Source: Thalia democratica | Lineage: Eukaryota | NCBI GenBank assembly: GCA_965202585.1 | Contig: CBDBBG010000042.1 | Location: 1 to 64,000 of the forward strand | Reading direction: 5' to 3' | DNA length: 64,000 nt | Part shown: one piece after another, positions 48,301-60,300 of the stretch | How the letters are laid out: every line of letters starts with the position of its first letter | Numbering within the stretch: position 1 is the stretch's first letter | Notes under the pieces: model-generated | What the model was told of the DNA's origin: nothing | Database searches by the model: none | Seen by the model: only the letters and a program-made list of their open reading frames with translations | Translations under genes and position numbers: made by a program

Positions 48301-51300
48301 GTACTGTTTTTTCTACTTTTCATTACGTATTTTATTTTGAGTAAATTCTAAAAAAACACTTTATTTTACATCTATGGAAGATATAGAAAATTAATACTTT
48401 AAAGTGGTTATACCAGATGACTTAATAAATCAAAGTGTTCTAAACTAAATAAGTGTAATTTAAAAAAAATAAAGTAATACAGGGTTGCCACTTGTTTTTC
48501 AAAAATTTTTCAAAGTTTTCCAAATTTCTTCCAGGTTTTTAAAAGTTCACATTTTTTGGTCTATTTTTAGATTAAAGTTAAGTTTAAGGTAAGATACTGT
48601 GTTAAATAGTATAAAAACATTGAAAAGATACTGTAAAGCTACTTTAAATATGTTAAAAAAAACATTTGATGATGACAAAAGTTTTTTATTTATATGATAG
48701 ATTTTTTGAGTCAAATCGAAATTTTACTACTAAGCATGTGAAAATTGTAAAAATTCCAAGTTTTTTCAAAACTTCCCAAATTCCAGGTTTTTCCAGGTTT
48801 TTTTTTTGCCTAAATTGTCAAATTCCAGGTTTTTCTAGGTTTTTCCAGGATTTTAGGTAAAGTGGCAACCTTGGTAATAACAAACACTTGTAATCACCTA
48901 TTACTTTTTAAAGACTTAATTGTAAAAGTTGACCTAATTAAAAAAAAAAATTATGTTTATAGAAATTATAGAAGTCTTTAAAGTTATTACGTCATATTTA
49001 CTAAAAATAAAAATCTTGCATCAAAAACAAACTTCCTTAACAGATTTGTTTTGAGTTTTTCTCAAAATAACAGGGCTCAAAACACAAAACTACGTTAAAG
49101 TATTCATAAAACACGCAATTTACAAAAAAAAATACCAATTTTTTATTTCCAATACAACTTTGTTACCACTTTGTAATATTTTTAATAAAAACAAAAAATG
49201 CTGGAAAAAAAAGCAAAAAAATACAAACAACACCGATGTTTTAAGAAAAATTTTAAATCGAGTTTATTTAAACTTATTTTAGAGTTACGCAACAAACTTA
49301 AATTTTATTTGTTTGAATAATCAATTTCATAATTGACACTGATTTAAAGCCAGTTAAATATATTTCAATTTTCTGAGTTGTCAGACAATTGTTTATATTT
49401 TAAATACAGAAAATAATTTATCACGAATTAATGCAAGCATTTATTCTTGGAGTTGAACTCGTGGCCGTCACTATGAATATTTTTCAAACGAAAAATTTGA
49501 TTTAATTTACTGCATGTGTTTTTTTTACAACTTACTAAGGCTGATTGTCGACATTAATTTTGTGGAAATAAATTTGAAATAATTTTTTGTGACAATTTTT
49601 TTTCCATCAAATAAATGTTATTTTATATTTAGTTACTTGTTTTATTTTAATAAACATAGGGAATGAGTATATTTTTAAATTAAATTCTAATAAGCGTTTA
49701 TGTAACGTAAATATTATTACTTATAAGAAAATGTATTTTTGAATTAAATTATAATAATCTTTAAGAAATCTTCATCAATCATTAATAACTTATTTGTCAA
49801 AAACGAAGTAACAAAACCAAAATAACTAAATTAAGGTCATTATTTATAATTTGAAATTTCTACAGTATATCGAATTCCAATTATTTTCATATCAATCTTT
49901 TCTCTTAATTTTCAATATAAAAGCATATGTTTCCTAATTTAGGTACGGACAATTTAATGTTTTTTAAACTGTATAACATTTTTTTATTTGATTTATGTTG
50001 CTTCTGAAAAGGCTTGATGTAAATAATTTTTGTTTTTTGTTATTGTCTTTTAAACGGTTTTAACTATTATGAATTGGAAAAAAAAAATAACAAAACCAAA
50101 GATAAGGCACAAAAATTGGCCAAATAGCTTTTTAATTAAAACCTGGGAGAGTTATTACTTTATCAAAAATTCTAAACTAGTTTAGTACTCTTTCTCTTAT
50201 TTAGTAACAAAGCCGCTCGGCAAAATTAAAACTCATTTAAATAAAAGGCAATTTAAGGGTAACACTGGTTTGAAGTAAAAAATATTTATCTTACAGAAAA
50301 AAAACACGACTAAAATAGTTTAAGTAAAATCTAACAATTAAACTAAATTATAACAAAATAAAAAACGCTTTGGTTTTATTAAACATGGAGACTTAGTTAT
50401 AGGGGTGTGATTGATTTATAAATCATATCTAAGTGTTCATTTCAATCACTAGTAAAAAAAGTTAACTGTTTTTCATATTAAAATGGATGAAGGTAGTCTT
50501 CCTCTTTTGATTTTAAAGACCGGACAGGATTGAATTTTAGATAAACAAAATAAAAATGGTAGAAAACCATTAAAATATCATCAGATTCTATTTGAATAAG
50601 GAATTGAAAATGTTTGTTTTTTAATAAACGAAAGATCTCTTTAAAGTGCTTGTATAAGACTGTGACTGATTTTTTTTTAATGGTTCTACCATTTTTATTT
50701 TGTTTTTCATATTGAAACTTAATTTTTTTGAAAAGAAAAGCATTGTATCTTGGTACAAATGAACACTAGACTGCACCACACGACCGCCAACAACAGTGGG
50801 ACCTTGTTTCTTCCCAGTTATAATCATAATTTAATTTAACTATTTAATTAATTTCGTCCAAATTAGGGCTCATCGGGCATTCATAATCACGATGAACCAA
50901 AAATTTCAGTCAAATGACTTTCTTAATTTGAAACTGATAACAGGTAATTATGAAATCATTAACATGGTTCATTTCTATTGAATGAATATAACATTATACT
51001 AAATATTATACATTCAGTTATGAGATCAGAATAAAATTATGACGTCACTAACCCCGTCCTCCCTCTCGACGACGTTCTTGCCGACGCTGGAAAGATTGGA
51101 CCACTTGCAGGGAGAAACTGCCTTGCTAGCACACCTCTTGTGGGCTTTGAACGCGCAAACTGTTAGAAACAAATTAAAACTGACAAAAAAATTTAAAAAT
51201 GTAAATTAGTTAGTTAAAACTATTAGCTAAACAGTGTTTATTTTTAAATATTAGTAAAAACAAGTTAAAGAAATGATTAAAACTATCAACTGGTTAGTTG

Positions 51301-54300
51301 CAAGTAAAAACTACTTAATATTTTATGGGCTACGAATGCACAAACTAAAAAATATGACGTTCTTATTGTTGTGAGCAAATTTTGTTATTTAAAACTGTCG
51401 CTAAAATATTTTTGTAAGGAGATGTTTAAAACTCAAACATTTTGCGCGTAAACTTTCTAAAGGGCTCTTCTTGTTCAAATCTCTACGATTTAACGCATGT
51501 TACAGTTATTGTAAAGACTATTTATTCTCTAGCTATTAAACTTTTCTAGACAACAATAAAAATTGGATGATAAGTTTCAATTTACATCATTGTATAAATT
51601 TAAATTCAAAACTCACAGGTTTGAACTTGCAAAAAACTTTTTCGTTTAACGAGATCAAAACTAAACTTTTACGTGTGAATTCACAGAACCAAAATTTATT
51701 AGAAAATGATGACTCACTTAATTTGCATTTTAAAATTGAAATAACTATCATGAAGCAACAATGTTAGGAATTTTAATTATTTCAGTGATTCACTAAAACT
51801 TAAACTAGTTTAAAAATAAAGTCTAATTCAAAAATAATTTTCTCCTATTTGAAAAGAAAAGATCAAATAACTGTTCAAATATTTAATCTTGTTTAAATCT
51901 TGTTCAGGATTTAATACGCTTAAAACGTTATGACTTTAGTAAAAATATTTATTTAGTTTTCTTATAAAAACTGTTTTTTCAAAACATTTTAGGAATATTT
52001 TCTCTCGTTTATTGTCAAAAAGAAAACAACCAGACTTAAACCCATTCGAAATAAAAGGCGCTTTAAAATGCTAAATATAAAAGTTTAAGAAGGGACACTT
52101 TAAGAAGTAACAATGCGAAATTCAGTTGTTGAGAAACACCTTGTGAAGTGACTTATATCTTCAAGTGAGTTTTGAGAAAATAAACGAAATACTTGTATCT
52201 ACAATGTGAAGCCATTAAAATTGTTCAGCAGTTCTTTTAATATAATAGACCATTTTTATTGGTTGGGTGTAAAACTTTAATCGGTACATGGAGCTTTTTA
52301 GTTAAACTAACAGAATATAAACCACAATTAAGAACAAAATTCATTGAAAATTCACTATTTTTGGTATTTTTGTTCTCCACACAGTTAATTTTACAAATGA
52401 TTGCTGTAGATTTTCAAAAGCAGGACCTACTTGTGAAAAATATAACAAATGCACGTATACATAACAGCTCAAGAAAGTTTTACAAAATGTAAAAGCTAAT
52501 ATCCATTTAAACAAGTGGTTGGAAAATAGCTTGACTGTTAGAAACTGATTTGAACTAAATTATTTAAACTCTAGGTCAGTGTTTAATAAGAAGTCAGATT
52601 TGAAAAAGTCAAAACTAAAACATGTTAAGAGGTTACCAATTTTTTATTTCTCAAAAGCTGAAGTATACATTTCTTTTTCTTTTACTGTTCGCTTATTGCA
52701 TTTTATAATAATAGTTAAAATTTCATTCTAAATTAATTAAATTGATTTGTGAAGTTATCATCAACAGTAAAAGTTTTAAATACAAAAACTTTTCAAACTG
52801 TGCAGTAGTTAAGGCAACTTACTTTTGTTGACCACCTAATTACTATTAGGTGTGTGGCTTTAACTAATATTAAAATAATTAAGGTACTTGTTTTATAATT
52901 CTATATTTAAAATTTTAATACTGTAGTCATTTATCAAATTTTTCTTTAAAAACGTTTACTTTTAAATACAACTATTTAAAACATTTTTTTATAACTTTAA
53001 TTAATTGTTTTTACTTCTTAAATAAGAATATAGGTTTCCCACATTTTATGCATACATATATAAATGCAAATGAAATATTTTACATTTAATTTACTAGAAT
53101 GATAGTATATTATTTTTAAAACAGATTTACTAAATATAGTTTGAACTTAGTCAGAGCACTTTTCAATAACCGCTACGTTATAATTATTCACAGTTTAAAA
53201 GCTTTTGCACATAACGGCTTTCTCAAAGCAAGTATCATTTGAAAAAAAAAGTATTTTATGTACAGAAAGACAGCTATAAACTTTAAAACACTTTTCAATA
53301 GCTTTTAGGATGCACTTTATTCACAAATGCATTTTACATACAACTACTTTCTCAAAGCATGTACTTTTACTACTATTGTTCTGCAACGTGTCAATTCTTT
53401 TACATTGAAGTTTAAATCGAGTGTAAACTTTATACAGTAAACTTTACTGAACTGTTTTAGTTTACAAATTTAAGTTTTCTTCTCAAAACATTCAGTTGTA
53501 AAGTGCATGCTTTAAATATTGGCTGATCTAAATTACATTCAAATTGTTCAAAAAAACTGTTCATGCTTTTTATAGTTTAAAAAATGTTTCAAAGAAAAAT
53601 TGATGACTTTGTAATTTTTTCTACTAAACTACTTATTATAAAAATCCATGCAACACTTTTTCTCAAACATCTTATTTTGTGAATGCATTTTTCAAACATT
53701 AATTGCATAAATTGAATAAAATTTTTTTAAAATATTTTTAATGTTTTAAATCATTCAAAATATGTTTCTCAGAAAAAATGCCAAGTTGACATTTTCTTTC
53801 TGCTTTTAGACAAACTCGATGTTTTCTTAAAACAGCTGACTTTACATATTAATGTACATGTTTTGTAATTAATTGTTTGAAAATATGTAAAATTAAATAC
53901 ATGTAAAACTAACTGCACGTTTAAAATATTTTTAAAAGCTATTTGTATTTATAAAAAAAGTTTAGCAGAGTACACATAAAAATAAAAATTCAGTAAAGTG
54001 TATATCGAAATAAAAATTATTAAAACTATGTATTATTAAAAACCAATAAACAAAAGTAGCTTAAACTTTTATCTCATCTAATATGCACTTTCACTACAAA
54101 GAGCAAAGTCCAAATTGTTTTATCATTAACATATTATCTATATTTTTGTGGTTTTAATTTCTTTATAAAGATTTATCAAAACTTCAAAATAAAACGCGTT
54201 TGTCTTAATGTGATCAAACATATTCAGGTCTTAAATTTAGTGTTCAAAATTTACAGTGGTTTTTTATATAACTACACATAACTTAAAGTAAACTTTGATT

Positions 54301-57300
54301 CTACATAAACATCAAGTTTAATGCACTTTGACTATGAATATTTTTTTAATTTAAAAAGCTTTTTGTTTTAATTCCAAATGCTTTCTTAATATTTTCTCAA
54401 ACAAAACAAACTTAGGCTTTAAAGTTAATTTTCTAAAAAACCATTTATATAAATTTGTTGATCTACCTAAACAAAAGTGTTTATCGTATAAAAACAATGT
54501 CGATTTAATAACAAATACTTTACAATAATTTTCCTAACTTTTTAATGAGTGCGAAATACTTTTATTAAAATTTTTTTTATTTTATATTATATTTTTATTA
54601 ATAAAACCTACATTACAAACCAGGAAAACTAAGAAAATTTAAACTGTACAGAAATGTATTAAAAGGGTTAAATGATTTAGAAAACATGTTTTTTTTTTTA
54701 ACTAATCACTAACTACGTGAACTTAATTCTATATTTTCTACGTAATTTATTTTAACGAGTTTTGAACTATTTCTCTTTAAACATCTATTAGTCCTAATTA
54801 AACACATGGCTATAATTTTGAATAATAAGAAATGTATGTCAATGGCTCATGCTATTCTATAAAAGTGTTACATTAATATTAATCACTAAAAACATGTTAT
54901 AATTTCACCGCATGTTTCACTTTGAAAACCTTTTTATCTCAATTAAGGATATTTTAGTAATAAATTAGTTTTAATTTATGTCAGAGCTTAGAAAGTTCTC
55001 TATACAATTTAACCCTTTTTTTATAAATTTGGTATACGCTTGATTTCTTTATTAAACTATCTAACAAAACTTCTAATTCATATGTGTTTAGAGTTTACAA
55101 ATATTTTTTTTAATTTTGAAGAGTTCGACAGAAAATAGGTTTACATTTGCAAACAAATAAACAAAATTGCTTTCTCATTTTATATTATTCACCACAAAGC
55201 AAAGTTTCAACAAATTTTATCAATATGCGGTTTTCGTTTATATATAAAATTAGCTGGCAATCCTTCAAAGCAAGATAAATCAATTTAAATGCCAAAATAA
55301 ACAATATTTTGATATATAAATAGTTTCGCGGTATACTTTATCGTTTTACTCAAAGGCATAAGAAGTAAAAACTCTTACAAAATTACAAAATATTTTGCAT
55401 AAATTCCGTCAATAAAACAACAAAAAAAATCAATAAAATAGAAACAATATTAACATAAACTTTTCAAGAAACAATGCATATAATATACTACTGTCCACAC
55501 TAAATATTTCAAAATTCATCCAATTAGATCAATAAAAACAAGAACTGAATTTTAAAAAGTCAATATAAGTAGCATAAAAACAGAGTTTATTTCAAAAATA
55601 TACATACCAAACATAAATGTCCATAAAGTATTTTATGTAAATGCTTGCAACAACATATTAATAAAACAAGAATTAAGTTTTTAAAATCAATTACAATTTA
55701 TAGAATATGAAGTTTATTTCCAATATATATATATATATACCAAACATCAATGTCCACAAAATATATTTTATAAAGTAACATATTAATAAAACAAGCGTGC
55801 AAGGATGAACTTTGTAAAATCAATATTTCTTTCTGAATATTAAATTAGGCCTGTTCGGAAACGAAAATCCATAAAAAGTGACCTTACGAAATGAACTTGC
55901 CAAAATGATTTAATTTATTTTTAATTCGAAGCACACTGATCAATACAATTTAATTTCCATGCATAAAACAAAATGGCCATATATTACATCGTAAAATTTT
56001 ATTAACTTTGTCAAATAAACTTACTGAGTCAGAATGATTTAACTTTTATATTTTTAGATAAACTTGGCAAAAATTTTATTTACTGCACACAAGATTTAAT
56101 ACAACTAAATTTTCCAGGCGTTAAGTAAAAATGGTCATAAATTACATAGTAAAATTTTATAAACCTTATAAAACAAACTTAATAATTCGAATGGTTTTAC
56201 TTATTTTATTGAAATCACTGAGCAATATAACACACTTTATAAGTTTATTAAAATTTTATCTTTATTAAAAAATTTCTAAGTTGTAAATAAAATAGTAAAA
56301 TTCTGGTAAAATTTATTGAAATACAAATATAGTATACTTAAGCTTTTATTTGCATAAAACTTATTGTCATATAGAGCATGTATAAGTTTGTTATCCTTAT
56401 TAAATTGAACTTCTGTACATTTTGAACAATTTAACTTGATTTATTTCTAAAAACGTTATAAATATAAGCAATGATTATATTATAGATTACAGCATGGGTA
56501 AAAACAAACTGTCTAAAACTCGAGTAATTAATTCATTGTGCAAAGTAGAACTAATTTAACTTTTACTTAAATTAATCACTTGGTCGTATAGTGCTGGTAA
56601 CTTTATAGATTAATTTAGTTTAAATTTATCATGCTTTTTCAGTATCAAAATATGTTGCCTGTACTATAAGATGATTAATTTAATTTACAACTTGTTAAAT
56701 GAACAGATGTGGCGACAAAACTTTGTAGCAAATATGTTTTTAAATTAAACTCGTTGGTTTAAATTACTTTGTCGATAAATTTAATCAATAGTGTAATTTA
56801 TACAAAAGTAAAGTATTTATCTAATATTAGACATAGATTAATTTACTTCATCTTCATCTATTTAGATTAACTTAACCATATGGTCTTGTGTTAGTAAACT
56901 TTATTCAAACTAGAAAAATATGTTTTTATTGTACTATATTAAATAAAGAAGAAATTGTTTGAAATGATGAAACAATAACTTAGCAAATACATGTACTACC
57001 TTATTATAGCTACGATTTTGTAGAAAAAATTCTTTAGAAAAATTCTTAAACATAAATTTATTAAAAGCTTATTATGTTAAATAAAATTTGTAAATGTAAA
57101 CTCGTTACAACCATGATTTTACTTAAAATTAATCATATAATGTATATTAAAAATATTTAGATAAAAAATAAAATATATTCTAAGTTAGTTACATGTTTTA
57201 AAAGATTTAAAGAAAAAAAAAGCAATACAACAAGTTTAGTCCTAATCATTTTGAGTATGAAAAGAATTAGTTGACTTTAAATTTAATATTTCAAAAATCT

Positions 57301-60300
57301 TATATGTTCATTGTTATTATTAGTCAAACTACAATTGTGGGAAACAATATAAAAAGTGTTCTCGGTAAAACAATGGCAAATTAAAAATATACTTTGTATT
57401 ATAATAAGAAGTGTTATTGATCATTAAAAGTTCACAAGTAATTACTGGTTAAACACGAATGTCTGAGTTGAAATCATTTGGCGCGTTTGACAAGCTTTTT
57501 TGTGAATGTAAAATTCTAATTTTTTTAAATCTAAAAGCTACAAGACACTTTTTAATATACAATTTTTTTTATAATCGATACTAATTTAATTTGCTGTTTA
57601 AATAAAATAAATATCAAAAGAATTGTTTCCAAAGTCAAGATGATGCAACTAAAACGTTTTACTAAATCCAAATAAAGTTATTTGAATTTTTTTCATGAAA
57701 TTAAATTTTGTGCAAAATCTTATGTACAAGTATACCTAAGTTAGCAAGCTTTTCAACGAACAAATAGGCTTAAATTATCAAAGCATTTCGAAAGGAACAA
57801 TAAGATAAAATACTTTTAACGAACAAAAAACAACAACTAATTATCATTAAACCAAAATGCTTGAACCTTATCCAAGCTTGAAAAGTTTAAGGGTTGACTT
57901 GTTCAAAAAGGAACTAACAGTCAATAAGAAAAAAACTTTTAGGAAGTTTTTTCAGTTATTATTTATAGTTCTTAAAAGTGTTTTTTAAGTTTGTTAAAAG
58001 TTTAAAATACGTTAAAACCAATAGAAACAGCTATAATATTTATAGCTTGTAAAAGTCTAGAATTTCGTTTTCGGGATCAAACTTGTTTGAATGAGCTTAA
58101 ATTACTTGAGTTATATGCAATTTGTTATAAATATAAGTCATGTTAAAAGGAAGATCAAGGTTGAACTCAAAAACAAAAAAAGACCTATTAATAAACCAAT
58201 TTTTTAGCTTAAACAAGTTTGTTTAAGGTGAGAAAATTGTTTAAATAAAAACTAATTTGTTTATAATTTAGATTAGTATCTAATTTTACAGAACAAACTC
58301 GTTTAATAAAGTTTCAAGGGCATTTTTAAACTGCACTTTATTCAAATGACTATCAAAATTAAATTCTCGACAAAAAAAACATTTAGCTATTTTTATTTGT
58401 AAGTTGAATTTACGTCTTTTCCGAGGTAACATTTTGCGCTTGAAATGAAACTCAACTGAACTTGCTTGATTTAAATTTGTGCAAGCTTATTTATAACCTG
58501 CTGTCAGACTTCAGAAACAAACGAGTAGTTTATATCTTGTTTCAACAACTGACGCGGTGTTTAGAATATTTTTGAATTTAAGCACAGAGAGAAAACAACG
58601 CAACGTCAACTTTACTTATTGTTCAGTGGGAAAAAATAAAAAGAGTTTATATTTGCAGTTTTACAGAATACGTTCAAGGTAGTTTTTCCAGCTAGCTTGG
58701 CTAATCGTGTGCAGGTTATTGCTTTCTCGTTTACAATTATCGTTCGTAATATATTAATTCATGGAGAGTGGAAAAAAAACTACATACAATTATATGTTAA
58801 GCTCATAGTGTAGTGACAAATTATATATACATGCTAGTACATTACAATGCACACAAAATTTGTTTAAATTATTTAAATATATTAAAATTATATATATATA
58901 TTAAAATTATAAATATATATTAAATATTAAATATACATTAAAATGATGTTAAAATAAATAAAACTAGTTCGAGTATAACTGGGTTTTTCTACGACAAAAA
59001 AGACTTCAAACTAACTTGTTTATATAGAAACAATGTAATGTGAATACACAAGTAATTTTACATCATGTATGCAGAAACATAAACATATTTGCCCGGAAGC
59101 TACTCACCGAAATAGCAATCAAGAGCATGGTAAACTTGTTTTCAAGTTCACTTTTTTTTCATGTTTAAACTAGTATAAAATTAAAATGTTATTAAACCAG
59201 CTAGATAAAAATGTTATTTGTTCACGCTAGAAATCATTCACAATGCTATGCATATTCTTTTAACTTCATTTTTATAATACTTCATACATACAAAATACAT
59301 ATAAAAACAAACCAACACACTGAAATCTACAGTTGGTAACCTTGTCTAATAGATGTGTCAATTTTTTTAATATTCAATATTATCATTTAAATATCTGTTC
59401 TGGGTTGCCACAACGAGCCGAAAATAAATTCCTAACTTTTCCTGTCTTTTCTAAATTAAATTCCTATTATATACCAATTCAAAAATACATAACAAAAGAC
59501 TGAAATTATGTAAAATTTTGAACTTTATTATTATACAGTACAAAACAACTTATCTTTAGCATATGGAAAATTTTTAAAAAATGACATTAGCAAAATGCAG
59601 TTTTTAGTAATGATAAACTTTCTTAATAACAGCATGTTTATAGCAAACTTCCCTACTTTTCCTGATTTTTTTTTCTAACTTTTCTGTTTGTTTTTCATTT
59701 TACCTAAATTTTCTAACTTTGTTGCAACCCTGTCTTTTTTTTTATTATACTTGTCTTGTATTAACATTTAAACAAACCATTACAGAAAAGTACATGATAA
59801 CCTACACCAATCAAAACTTCTCTACAACATAGGTCACTACGGGCACAATCTCACTAATTTTGATGTAATACTATTTAATTATAAAAAAAACAAACCATCA
59901 CGAGACAGTTCATAATTAGTCAAACCACTGATAACTTCTCTACATATATTAAAACTTTCCTATTTTTATATCATAATATAAATAAATTATACATCTTAAA
60001 ATGATTACTATGGGCGCCAACGCACTGATTGTGACTTCATAATATTAAGTTTGTTAACAACTGTATAAAGACAAACAATCAAGTTTACAGGTCTACTATG
60101 GGTACAGACGCAGTAATTGTGATATCATAAAATTGCTTATTAACAATTATACTAATACAAACCATCGCAAGACAGTCCGTGATTGGTCACCCCCGACAGC
60201 ACTTCCCTGCAAACGTTGCAGTATGTGGGCCTCGAGTGAGCGCAAGCGTACCAGTTGTGGCAATCGTCCATGACCATGTCCAGTGCTGATTGGTCCCTCT

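Noticed and set aside
22921-58940. (TA)n tracts near 22925, 24218, 25675, 35830, 55725 and 58880
   Set aside because: Ordinary microsatellites in an AT-rich genome.
45300-60100. Nested genes or transposase ORFs in the large DGK introns (for example 50621..50827, 47700..47894, 48666..48860)
   Set aside because: Short AT-rich ORFs with no recognisable domain or exon chain; 48666..48860 is MITE interior.
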